Shown piece by piece: positions 33,101-45,812 of a stretch of DNA of 64,000 nt. Made by a program: the position numbers and the translations under genes. Position 1 is the first letter of the stretch; each line of letters begins with the position of its first letter. This DNA comes from Azolla caroliniana (lineage: Eukaryota; Plantae; Polypodiophyta), in assembly GCA_043228905.1 (NCBI GenBank), contig JBHGNT010000018.1, positions 6,386,001-6,450,000 of the forward strand, given 5' to 3'. The notes under the pieces are model-generated. The model was not told the origin of the DNA. It did not search any database and worked only from the letters and a program-made list of their open reading frames with translations.

Positions 33101-35364
33101 AGGAGACAGGTGGCCGACAGAGACGAATCCGAGTCAGTCGACTCAGAAAGACCGACAGACTATGAGTCAGAGTCGGTAGAGCTGCTGAAGTCAATTGATG
33201 AATATGAGTTGGAGTTATCCAACCTGGAGATGCCGATTGACGAGCAGAATCCCGAGCAAAGAGAAGAGTTGGTAGAGACATCCGGAAAAGAGCCAACAAC
33301 GAGTGGACGAAGGTACCCACTCAGAGAAAGGAAGGCACCGACTACATATGCTAGTCAATACGTCCTCTTAACTCATGACGGTGAACTAGAGTGCTATGAA
33401 GAAGCCATTGCCGACGAGAGCAGAGGAAAATGGCTGAACGCGATGCAAGAGGAGATGGAATCCTTGCACGTGAATTACACCTACAACCAAGTAGAGCTGC
33501 AGAAAGGTAAGAGAGCACTCAGGAATAAGTGGGTCTAGAAGGTGAAGACTGGAGAAGTCGATAGTGAGCCCAGGTATAAAGCCCGCGTAGTGGTGAAGGG
33601 TTTCCAATAAAAGAAGGGCGTCGACTTTGACGAAATATTCGCACTAGTCGTGAAGATGACATCCATTCGAACTGTTCTGAGCATAGCGGCCAACATGGAT
33701 CTGGAGGTCGAACAATTGGATGTCAAAACCGCAATTCTGCACAGAGAGCTAGAGGAAGAAATCTACATGTAGCAACCCAAAGGCTTTGAGGAAAAAGGGA
33801 AAGAGAATTTGGTGTGTCGATTAAGGAAAAGCTTGTACGGACTGAAACAAGCTCCACACCAATGGTACAAGAAATTCGAGTCCTTCATGATGGAACATCG
33901 GTTCCAGAAAACACAGGCCGATCACTGTGTGTTTGTCAAAAGGTACGAGGAAGGAGATTTCTTGATTCTCTTGCTATATGTTGATGATATGTTGATAGTC
34001 GGTCAAGACACAAGGAAGATTGGAAGCTTGAAGAAAGCTCTCGGCAAATCATTTGCCATGAAAGACCTTGGACCGGCAAAGCAAATCCTAGGAATGCACA
34101 TAACGCGAGACAGAGCTCAGAAGGTGCTCTGGTTGTCACAACAGAAGTATGTGATGAAGATCCTAGAGAGGTTCAACATGTCGAATGCAAAGCTGGTCGG
34201 CTCAGTGCTGCTGACAAATTGCAGACTAAATGCAAAGCAGTGTCCGAAGGGCAGAAGGAGAAGGCTGAGATGAGGAAGGTACCATATGCCTCAGCCGTCG
34301 GCAGTCTAATGTATGCTATGGTCTGTACGGGACCGGACATAGCATTTGTTGTAGGAGTAGTAAGCCGATATATGAGTAATCCAGGGAGAGAACACTGGGC
34401 AGTAGTGAAGTGGATACTCAGGTACTTGAAAGGCACCTCGGAGGTGTGCCTAATGTATGGTGTCGGAAAACCTGTGCTGGAAGGTTTTACCGATTCGGAC
34501 ATTTCAGGAGATGTCAACTCGAGCCAATCCACGTTAGGGTATGTGATGACCTATGTAGGGGGAGCAGTGTTGTGGCAGTCACGACTGCAAAAGTTTGTAG
34601 CCTTGTCGACTATAGAGGAAGAGTATATGGCAGCGGTAGAAGCCGGAAAGAGCTGATTTGGATGAGAAATTTTCTCACCGAACTAGGCATGAAGCAATAG
34701 GAGTTCTTGCTTCACTATGACAGTCAAAGCGCCATACACCTAGCCAAGAACAGGGCATACCACTCCCGGACCAAGCACATATAGAGAAGGTATCACTGGT
34801 TGCGGGAGAGAGTCGAAGATGGAGAGTTCGCTCTTGTGAAGATCCATACCGACGACAATGGATCCGACATGCTGACGAAGAACCTACCTATGGACAAACT
34901 CAGAGTCTGTCGACAAAATACAAGACTGACAGATTTCCTCCCACAGGATTGAAGGGGAAGTTTGTTGGGAATATGTCCCTCCAGTGGGAGGAAGAACCGA
35001 CTGATCGGAAAGCCAACAATTGATGACAGGGAAGATCCGACTGTTCGGAAAGCCGACAGTCGAAGAGTTGAAAACAATGAGTTGACAGTTTGAAGATTTG
35101 ACTATTATTATTATAGTAATAATAATAATGATGATGTTAGGAAACAGGTCACTCCAGATGGGAAAGAGAGAGGAGCCGAGTTGATGAGTGCCTCGGCTGA
35201 GGCTAAAACCAAAAACGTGTATATAGCCAACTCGGGAGACTATAATTGTAAATAGTCTAAGTGTGCGCCCCATGAGGGCTACGTATGTAAATAGCTAGAA
35301 AGTTATGTAAGTATATATACAACTAGGGAAAACTTTATGTGAGTGACGAACAGAGAAGTGTAAC

Positions 35365-35399
<35 letters not shown>

Positions 35400-35667
35400 C
35401 GTGAACCGCGCCATAATTGTGTGAGCAACAGTAGACGCAAAGAGCCCTGTGTGGCTGATACACTCGACAGAGTGTTGTAATCATCTCTGTGTTGTATATC
35501 CACTTCGTATAGTGAAGATTCAGTTCTCCCGTGGTTTTTCCCCGTTTTAGGGTTTCCACGTAAATCTCTGTGTATAGTCGTTTATCTTGTCTTTCTCGCA
35601 TTCGGGTGTGATTCGTATTTGAGCTTCGTTTGTTTATTGTGATCTATTCCGCAACGATTTCTCAACA
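30146..35667 (+). mobile_element. Full-length Ty1/Copia element (family C, Tnt1-like), degenerate
   Basis: LTRs 30146-30836 and 34963-35667, TSD CTATC, PBS TGGTATTAGAGC at 30840, PPT GAAGGGGAAG. Confidence 0.95.
30865..34952 (+). pseudogene. Copia gag-pol polyprotein with many premature stops
   Basis: CFYCGEPGHFQKDC, WIIDSGASFH, LELVHMD...TDNGGEY, LLYVDDML, GFTDSD.SGD motifs. Confidence 0.94.
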
Positions 35668-35884
35668 CTATCAACACTCTATATCTAAGTAATTTCCCTA
35701 AGTCATATTTATACTTATATGACATTTGGGCTATTTACAAATATAGCCTCGATGGGCTCACCATGAAACATATTTACACATGTCCTTGGATCCAGTTTGC
35801 ACTGGATTCAGTCGATCCGGTTTCCGTGTCTCATCTGGATCCCCATCTGGAGGGACTGAATTCCCAACAATCTCCCCCTTCACT

Positions 35885-38800
35885 CCAGCATGGGATTTCT
35901 CGTTAATCCGATCCGTCTTCGGCATGCATCCAACTTGTCGGTTGAAAGCACCTTGGTCAGCATATCCGATTCGTTCTCCTTGCTGTGGATCTTCGTCAGC
36001 ACGAAGTCTTGATCTTCTACCTTTTCCCAGAGCCAGTGATATCTCCTCTAGATCTGGGAATCGTAGGCCGCATTCTTCGCAAGGTGGATGACATTTTGAC
36101 TGTCGTAGTAGAGCCGGTATTCCTCCTGTCGGATCCGTAGCTCTCCGATGAAGTTCTTCATCCAAATTACTTCCTTGCCGGCTTCCACAACTGCCATATA
36201 CTCTGCTTCCATTGTTGATAGTGCAACGGACTTCTATAGCTTCGACTACCATGATACGGCTCCCCCTGCATAAGTCATGACATATCCGGATTGTAGACCA
36301 ACTGGTATCTGCATAATCCGACATATCTGAATCCGTGAATCCATCAAGTTGGGGTTTACTTGAGCCGAACTGGAGGCACATACTTCGAGGTGCCTTTCAA
36401 GTACCAGAGTATCCACTTGACCGTGTTCTAGTGCTCTTTTCCGGGATTGCTCATGAACTAGCTGACTACTCCGACAACATATGCAATATCCGGCTGGGTG
36501 CACAACATTGCATACATTAGGCTTCTGACGGTAGAGGCATATGGTATCTTCGTCATATTTGACTTCTCTACCTTTGTCTTCGGGCTTTGCTTTCCGGAGA
36601 ACTTGCAATTTTCCAGAAGTGTTGATTCGACCGGTTTCGCCTCCGACATGTTGTTCTGTTGAAGCACCTTTTTTACATAGTTTTCTTGTGACAACCATAA
36701 TTGCTTCTTCTTCCGGTTCCGGATGATATGCATCCCTAAGATTTGTCTTGCTAGACCCAAGTCTTTCATTGAGAAAGGTCTGGTTCAGAGCCTTCGTCAG
36801 CACTTGGATCTTGACTTGGTCTCGTCTGACGATCAACATATCATCCACATATAACAGGAGTAACAGGAAGTCGCCTCCGACAAATTTCTTCACAAACATG
36901 TAGTGGTTAGATTGCATCTTGTGGTACCCTTGGTTGGTCATGAAGGAGTCGAACTTCCGAAACCATTGCCAGGGAGCTTGCTTCAATCCGTATAAGCTCT
37001 TCTTCAGCCGGCACACCAGGTGCTCTTCCCCTTTCTTCTCAAATCCTTCCGGTTGATGCATGTAGATCTCTTCTTTGAAGTCGCCATGTAGGAATGTTGT
37101 CTTGACATCTAGTTGCTCTACCTCAAGGTTCATGCTTGCCGCTATGCTCCATACCGTCCGGATGGATGTCATCTTTACAACCGGGGCAAAGATCTCACCA
37201 AAATCCACACCTTTCTCTTGCTGGAAACCCTTCACTATGATCTGGGCCTTGTACCTCGGTGGATCTCATGTAGGGGATCCATCTCATCATGCATGGCACT
37301 CAACCACTTGTGACTGTGGGTGTCTTTCTCTGCTTCTTCGAAGCTTTTCGGATCCCCTTCATCGGTCAACAATACGTGCTCTGCATCCGGAAATATCTGA
37401 GGGGCTCTTCTCTCCCTGAGAGGGCATCTCCGTCTTTGGTCTTTGGCAACCAGTTCCTCCGTTTGTTCCGAATTTGAATCCGATTCAGGATCTTGTCTGG
37501 TTCCAGTGTCTTCTTCCTCTTCTTCTTCGGTCGGTTCGGTTTCTTGTCTGAATCCGGCTTGTTCATCGAGTGTCAATTTGTTACTGGCTATCTTTCGGTT
37601 TTCAACCGGGTAGGTCCTTGTGTCCTCAAACTGGTTTTCATTTGATGATTCAGAGTTCTTCACCTTCTTCTCCGACTCCCAATCAGCAATGTTCCAATGT
37701 TCCATGAAGACTATATCCCGACTCTGAAACACCTTCTTGTTGACTAGATCCCATACTCGATATCCGAACTCATCATCGCCGTATCCAAGGAATATGCATG
37801 GCTGGGTCTTCGGATCCAACTTTGCTCTCTTGTCCTTTGTGACATGCACATATGCAAGACACCCAAACACCTTAGATGCCGGTAAGACACGTCTTTACTG
37901 GTCCATACTCTCTATGGTGTGTTTCCGTCCAAGGGTGTGGAGGGTGAACTTTTTATCACATAGGTCGTCATCATTAGCGCCTCAGCCCAAAACGTCTTGG
38001 GTAACTTGGCATGTGCTAGCATGCTTCAGACTCTCTCCATGACGGTCCGGTTCATCCGTTCAGCTAGCCCGTTCAATTCTGGTGTCTTCGGCACAGTAAA
38101 TTCGAGCCGGATTCCCTTCAATCAACAATACTCCTCGAACTGCCCCCGGTATTCTCCTCCGTTATCTGCTTGAACCGCCTTCGGTTCCGACCGGTTTCTC
38201 TTTCCACTCTCGCGTGGAGCTCCTTGAAGACGGATAACACCTGATCCTTTGTCTTTAGCAGTGAGACCCACAACTTCCGGCTGTGGTTGTTTATGAACGT
38301 CATGAAGTACTGTGATCCGACATGTGACTTCGTGTCCACTTGACACGCATCGGTATGCACTAGCTCTAGTGGTGCATTCCGTCTAATTGGTGGTATCAAC
38401 TGGAAGGAGGTTCGGTTTTTCTTGCTAGCCAAGCAATCGGTGCACTTCTCAAGATGCACGTCTTTCACCTCCGGAATGAGGTTATCTTCGGCAAGTCGTC
38501 TCATCCCCTTCTGGCTCATATGACACAATCTCTTGTGCCACAACTCACCAGCAATGTCGGATGCTACGTTCACTTCTTCCCAACATATCCGGGCATGCAT
38601 CAAATACTGTGTGTTGATCTTTCGGGCTCGAGCCACAATCAGGCTTCCTTTGCTGAATTTCATGACTCCGTTCCGGATGCTACCCATGTAGCCTTCATCA
38701 TCTAGCCGACCGACTGATATTAGGTTCAACCGAACCTCCAGAACGTGTCAGACTTCTTTCAACAACAATTTGCATTCGGTTGATATTTTCAACAACACAT

Positions 38801-39835
38801 CTCCTATGCCGACAATTCGGCATGTACCTTCGTTCCCCATCCGGACACAACCGTGATCTCTGACTATGTAGGATGAGAAGCATTTCCAGTTCGGTGTCAA
38901 ATGGAATGATGCTCTGGAATCGACAACCCATGTTGTCTTGTCACCGACAAGGTTTAACTCATTCTCCTCCGCAATGAGAATCAGTTCTTCTTCACTTGTC
39001 CCGATCGCCGAGGTTCCTTTCCGATTCGGACCTCTCTAGTCTGAACTCTTCTTCGGATCGGTGGTGTCGGTCCCTTTCTCTTTCCGGAAATGCCGACAAT
39101 TCTTTTGGAAGTGCCCCGGCTTCCCATAGTAGAAGCAAGTAGGCCTCCCCCTTGACTTCGACCTCGTCCCCAATTTGTCCCAGTTTTGGGGACTCCGATA
39201 CCGGCCTCTTCCCCGGTTTGGTAATCTTCTGTGACCAAGGCCTTTGGATCGCTTCTGGAGTCCCAATCCTTCCGGTGAGCTTCTTCATCTAGCAAACTTG
39301 ATTTTACCCTTGCTGGGGACAACTGCTTTCCTTCCGTCCCGACGTTGCCCAAAGTGACAACTAGCGTCTCCCAACTATCCGGGAGGGAGCCGAGCAAGAG
39401 CAATGCAAGTACCTCATCGGCTAGAGGTACTTCTAGCGAAGTTGTTTGGTTTATGAGCTCCTGAAATGCGTTCATGTGCTCCGCCATGCTAGATTTATCA
39501 TGGTACTGGAGTCTTACTAACTTCCGGAATACCGAAACCCGATTTACAGTGTTTTTAGTCTCCAGCATGGTGCCGATTTTTTCCGAGAGCACATGAGCCT
39601 TACTTTCTTCATTGAAATTGTTGTACAAGGTCATGTCGATGAAGCACTGGATGTACGTCGTTGTCTTCATGTGCATCACTTCCCATGTCGTGGCATCGAT
39701 CTTATCCGGTTTCTTGTCCCCGAACTGTACCGGCAGCCAGAGATCTTTGACCATGAGCATGTCCCTCATCTTCGACTTCCACACTGGGTAGTTGGAGCTG
39801 GTGAGCTTGGACATGCCGCCAAATGATTCTTCCAT
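35885..39835 (-). pseudogene. Copia family A gag-pol polyprotein, frameshifted and partly deleted
   Basis: MEESFGGMSKLTSSNY..., CFYYGKPGHFQKNC, LELVHTD, ADNGGEY, LDVKTTFL, LLYVDDML. Small deletions near 37265 and 36055. Confidence 0.93.
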
Positions 39836-40116
39836 TTCCTTTGTTCGCTCTGATACCAGTTTGTGCGGAAAATAGCGCTCGGCCACAACCGAGTTTTAAA
39901 CAACGAATGGAAGAAAAACAAGCTAACAACTAGATGACACATGATGTTTACGTGGAAACCCTAAATGGGAAAAAACCATGGGAGCCCACGGACTCCAACT
40001 ATCACTATTAGGGGAGGAATACAATGTGAGACTCAAAGGCAATGACCTCGAGCTCTATGTCTTCGCCAACCGGTTGTTACAATAGAAAACTCGTTCTGTG
40101 TGTGTGTGTGTGTGTC

Positions 40117-40167
<51 letters not shown>

Positions 40168-40430
40168 AAAGCTCTCTGTAAGTTCACTCCAGCCATCGTT
40201 TTCTACGTTCTATAGCTCGTTGGAAATCTCTTTGAGAGAGCTTTCTAAAGAATGTTCATTTACTGAATTCCGTTAACGTGGCGAAAAGTTATGAGCATTT
40301 TCATCCGCAGCCATCTTTGCCTCACGGTTCCTCAAACGGAAGGTAGATTTTGAAGCCCTAAATCGAGTGAAAGGTACATTCTCTCTCCTTCCCTCTCTGT
40401 CTCTCTTTCCCCGTAGGGTTTGTCCCTACA

Positions 40431-41300
40431 ATGGAAAATACTCGTAAAACCGCCGCAAAGTTCGGGGGTATGATCGATAATGAGCTGAGATCACCAACAA
40501 ATCTCGAGTCTAATGCAATGGACAAAATGCTTATGAGTCACTTGATTTCTCTTCAAGAAACCATAAACAAGCAAGGTGAAGAGATTAGGATGTTAATGAA
40601 AGAGAATACTAAGCTCCAAAGTGTTGTCATTGAGAATGAAAGTCTTAAACAAGTGGTTGCAAAACTTCAAGAAGAGATTCAAGAATGTAAAAGAGCTTCT
40701 TTTGAAACAAATGAGCGCCTTAACAAGATTGAGTTAAAAGAAACATTAAAAGAAGAAAAATTGGACACAATGAGGCGGGATGTAAGTGAGATGAAAAATG
40801 TATGTACAACGAAGTCATGGGCCGATGTATGTGGTGGGGATGTGCTATCAAACTCATCTAATATGCATGTGATGCATCAAGGGAAGAATATAGAAAGCAT
40901 AGATGTCCGAGAATTGAAAGAACGTGAACGACGATCAAAGAACATTATCGTCCGTGGGATTAAAGAAGAGAGTATTGAAACACCCGCATCCCTTGGAAAG
41001 GCCATTGGTGAATTTTTTAGCATGCATTATGGGATGTCAGATGTGAATGTATATGGGGCACACCAAGTTGGGAAACATGGTGTTACTCACTCCGGAGAAA
41101 GGCCTATTGTATGCACAATGACAGATGATACAAAGCGGTGGATCATACTTGAAAATAGTTGGGTATACCTTAAAGGTACACAATGCTTTGTCAGTGAAGA
41201 TCGTACTATCTCACAACAAAATGCTCGTCGTAAAGCATATGAAGAAAGATTGAAAAACAAGGTTAAGGATGTGCCTAAAGATGGAAATGTAGGCAAATAG
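40431..41300 (+). CDS. LINE ORF1 protein (coiled coil plus RRM-like/CTD region)
   Basis: 289-aa open ORF with heptad-rich N-terminus and ERRSKNIIVRGIKE...RPIVC...FVSEDRT motifs typical of LINE ORF1p. Confidence 0.82.
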   Translation: MENTRKTAAKFGGMIDNELRSPTNLESNAMDKMLMSHLISLQETINKQGEEIRMLMKENTKLQSVVIENESLKQVVAKLQEEIQECKRASFETNERLNKIELKETLKEEKLDTMRRDVSEMKNVCTTKSWADVCGGDVLSNSSNMHVMHQGKNIESIDVRELKERERRSKNIIVRGIKEESIETPASLGKAIGEFFSMHYGMSDVNVYGAHQVGKHGVTHSGERPIVCTMTDDTKRWIILENSWVYLKGTQCFVSEDRTISQQNARRKAYEERLKNKVKDVPKDGNVGK

Positions 41301-43491
41301 GGACACGTGATCTATGAGACTAACCCACGCCTTTTATGACTATGCTTTTGGAATTGCAATGGATACCCATGGAATGCGGGATTTGGCATAGAGGATTTCA
41401 CCAATGACTCGGATATCACACTTCTTGTTGAAACATGGGAGCATGATACTCAAAGGATTAAGAGGACAAGGAGGGGTGGCATGTTTGATTAAGAAGGAAA
41501 TAGAGAAATATGTGTCAATCATAAAAAATGATGAAAATAAATGCTACATATGGCTCAAAATAGAAACACCTAATGATTTGCCCACTTTTGTAGTTGGATG
41601 TTACATTCCTCATCAAGATTCTGACTTTTATGCTTGTTTAGATAAAGATCAACCGTTTGCCAATCTAGAAGATGATATTGCTTATTTCAAATCCAAAGGG
41701 GAAGTTATTGTCTTTGGTGACATGAATACTCGTACAAGAAGTTTCCAACTTGATTCACAAGAATCTTTCATGCCACATATCTCAAGGATGCAAGAGGATA
41801 TGCAAATGTATAACCGCTCTTCTAGCGATGAAAAAGATCTGGACCAATTTGGGAAGTTACTCCTATAAATGTGCAATAGTACCGTATTGCTTATTGCAAA
41901 TGGTATTTCCTTATGGCCCAACACTAATGGTTTTACATGTAGAAAACACAATGGAAATAGTGTGATTGACTATGTGCTACTTTCCGAAGGTATTTTGGAT
42001 CATATACATAAATTCTCACTTGGTGAATGGACACCGAAATCCGATCATAGGCCTTTATGTATTGATCTCAAATGTATGCATAGGTTTGATTGTAAGAAGG
42101 CTATTGAAGATAATAAACAACCGCACTTGAGCATGAACCTTAAGTGAGCACCCATGTATTCCAAGATGGTTGAGGATATGTTACAAATGACAAAGATACA
42201 ACATGGTGCCACACTAGAATGCAAATGGGAAGCTTTCCAGAAAGTCAATCTCTCATGTACAAACAAATGTTTTTCGACCAACCGCACATCTTGGAAATGC
42301 ACCAAGAAACTTAGGAAAAAATGGTTTGATAAAGCATGTCGTGAAGCTCGAAATTGCCTTATGGTTTTGGATGTAGTTAAGGATAAAGAGAATTACCAAA
42401 AGCATTTGCATGAGTATAAGAGGCTTATTCAAAGAAAGAGAAGAATATGGGTAGTTACTCAACAATTTATCCAAATGCAAGAGAAAGCACATGCATGTGC
42501 TAAATTTTGCGGAAATCTAAAGGGAAAATGTGTTGAGAGTTATGGTAACTTAACTCTTCACGACTTGTCTATGCATTGTAAGAATTTATATGAGTTATCT
42601 CTTGCCGGAAAGATGATGTGTTATGGTTCTCTTTCACATATGCCTCCCTTCTTTACAATTGAAGATATATGCATAGGACTTAAGAAATTGGCCTCTCGAA
42701 AGGCAACTGATCTTCAATGTATAAAGGCTGAAATGCTCAAATGGACAGGAAAGGAAGCACATATATGGATAATCGATATGTTTAATGATGCATTGCAACA
42801 TGGTATGCCGCACGATTGGACTACAAATTGGATCAGAACTTTACATAAAGGTGGAGATATAAATAATGTAAACAACTATCGAACCATCATGGTTGGCTCA
42901 TTAATGGCAAAACTATTTGGATGTATAATCAAATCAAAGATAAGTGTATGGGCTGAAAAAAGTGGTAAGAGAGCTTATGGACAAGCTGGCTTTCGGAAAC
43001 ACCATAACACCATTGATCACCTTATCACCCTTCGAGTATTAATGGAGGAAAGTCGCCTTAGAGGTAAAGGTTTATATTGTTGCTTTGTAGACTTCAAGAA
43101 AGCTTTTGATATGGTACCTCGTGAGCATCTTTGGAGGCGAATGGAAGAACTTGAGGTGCCAAGTGAATATATGCTTGCAATTTCCCGAATTTATGAGAAG
43201 CTTATATGTTGTGTGCGCATGAGAGATAAACTTTCAGATTTTTTCAAAAGCACTATTGGTGTTAAGCAAGAATGCCCACTCTCACCAACACTATTTGGTC
43301 TATGCATTGATGAATTGGAAGAAATGGTTACCAAGTTTGCAAAGGAAGAATGTGTTGAAGAAGTTGCCATTGGGAATGTTGTGATTATGCTTTTGCTATA
43401 TGCAGATGATGTAGTTCTTTTTGCAAATACTTTAGGAGATGCACAAAAGCTTATGAAGGCATTGGAAAAATTTTGCATGCATACTAAATTA

Positions 43492-44304
43492 TGTTGGGAG
43501 ACAGGTCCCTTCGGATGGGAAGGGAGAAGAACAGTGCCGACGAACAAACTCAGCCGAGGCCGAAACGGTATGAGGAGTACCCGGCTACGGAGAGCCGGAT
43601 GATACAGGCCCGGTGTGAAACGGATGAGGAGTACCCGGCTACGGAGAGCCGGATGATACAGGCCCGGTGTGAACCGGATGAGGAGTACTCGGCTACGGAG
43701 AGCCGGATGATACAGGCCCGGTGTGAACCGGATGAGGAGTACCTGGCTACGGAGAGCCGGATGATACAGGCCTGGTGTGAACTGGATGAGGAGTACCCTA
43801 CTACGGAGAGCCAGATGGTGCAGGCCCGGTGTGAACCGGAGGAAGAGACATATTTGTAAATATGTTTCTGAGAGCCCATCGAGGCTATATTTGTAATTAG
43901 CCGAAAAGTCATATTAGTATAAATATGACTTAGGGCAAACTTTTAGATAGTTGTTGTTGTCATTTTTTCTTGTTCGTGCAAGAAGTAGAGACAGTACGTA
44001 ACGTTGTACAAAGAGAGAGAGAGAGAAAGAGGTTGATGCCTCTGTTGTAACCGCCGCCTGTGGCGAAGATCCTGAGTCCGAGGTCATTGCCTCCATGAAC
44101 TCACTGTTTTGTACATTCTTACATAGTGACAGTTTGCAGCCTGTGGGCTGCCGTGGTTTTTCCCCTAGTTTGGGGTTTTCCACGTAAACCTCCGTGTAAT
44201 TTCTCCTTCCTCTTTGAGTCGCGTCTTATTTCCCGTTTTCTGTGTATCATTCTACGCTCGGTTGTGGCCGAGCGTCGCGCATAAGGAACGGTGGGTTCTC
44301 GACA
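43492..44304 (+). mobile_element. Solo LTR, Copia family A-related, with about five 54-bp tandem repeats
   Basis: TGTTGGG...GACA, TSD AATTA on both sides, repeats at about 43570-43840. Confidence 0.93.
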
Positions 44305-45105
44305 AATTAAGTGTCAATAGCTCTAAAACAAAGATTATGCTTGTGAAGAGCCAAAAAAGAGATAAACCATGCATTATGTACAACAATGAGCCACTTGAAT
44401 GTGTGGAAAGCTTCAAATATCTTGGCCTTGAAGTTCCTTCAAATCATAGATGGAATGAATGTGCTACACGCCGCTTAGAGGCGGGCAAGCGAGCATACAC
44501 ATGCAATCTTGGAGATATTAAGTATTGGGTCCTCAAGAAATATCTTTTCGACACTTTGGTGACACCGGTTCTTCTCTATGGGGTGGAAGTATGGGGCGGT
44601 AGCATCCCTAAATCTATGTGGAAAGAGTTTGAAAATGTCCAAAAGCATTTTCTTACCAAGTTTCTACAAGTTAAGAAACAAACGCCCTACACCCTCCTCC
44701 TCCTTGAGACAGGATCGCTTCCCATTGAGATCATGGCCATGGAAAGGGTTGTTGAATACATGCTTAAGGTTCAAAAAAGTCCCTCACATCGACTTCCTAG
44801 AATTGCGTGGGAAGCAAGCAAAAAGATCCAAAATACGCATAAAAGCAAAATTTTGTGTTCCGATTGGATGCAAGATATAGAAAAATGGTTTGGTAGATGG
44901 GATGCGAGACACTTGCTTCATGATGCATCATTAGATTCCTCTGTAAATGAGGCATTTTTGCAATGCCAATGTATCATGACATGGGACAAATGTGGAGGTT
45001 CACGCTTCACACATTATACTACACATGTTGCACCTAACTACAAAACCATATTCTTTGCGGAACGGGGAAATCGTACACATCCATACATGTTAGAGCCCAT
45101 ACCGT

Positions 45106-45812
45106 TGTCGTAGTGTATTCCACACACTACGTGAAAACCATAAAATAATATATCCGAATTTAGATACATATAAATAAATAAATAATATATCAAAAGAATT
45201 TATCACGTGCATAGGGCAAGATTCAAACCATGCACGTCCACGTAGATAAACCCCAACTTTACCATTGTAATAACTTATCTTTAGTGTTATAAATAAAGAT
45301 TTAATACGTATAAGACCTTTATTTACACATACCTTTATTAAAAGGTAAAAATCATGTATTCTTTAGAGTGTGAATATTTTATTTACACGTGACATTAAAA
45401 GTGACTCATGCACATCTAGCGTGCACGAGCCCTATATTTAGGAAATGACAAAACATCACATGCACATTTAGTGTGCATGGGCACTTTAGGTGAAAAAGCA
45501 TGAAGCCATGCTTAGCCTCTTCCATCTTTATATAAGGAGGAGAAAAATATGTATATGGTTGTTGATTAATATAGAAGAATTGATCAATCTAATATATTCG
45601 TGGGATTCACGAATTTTGCCATAAAAAATTACTCTTATAATCTAAATATTGTTTTAAAATACACTGAACTCGTGGGATTCACGAGATTACTATCTTACTT
45701 CTCTTCCTATTATTCATAACTAGCCTTAAGTTGTATTCCTCTTCCTCCTAGTCCAAAACCTCGGCGGTTCCCACCCGACTCACGCAACGATCCGGAGCCG
45801 AAGGGCTCGACA
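45106..45812 (+). mobile_element. Solo LTR of the Trp-Gypsy group
   Basis: TGTCG...CGACA, 4-bp TSD CCGT, 3' end homologous to LTR 11747-12326. Antisense A/B-box-like cassette at 45219-45272. Confidence 0.92.

Noticed and set aside
43491-43912. Repeated-peptide ORFs and a CRISPR-like look
   Set aside because: Contiguous 54-bp tandem repeats without unique spacers, inside a TSD-flanked solo LTR. No cas genes and a eukaryotic context.
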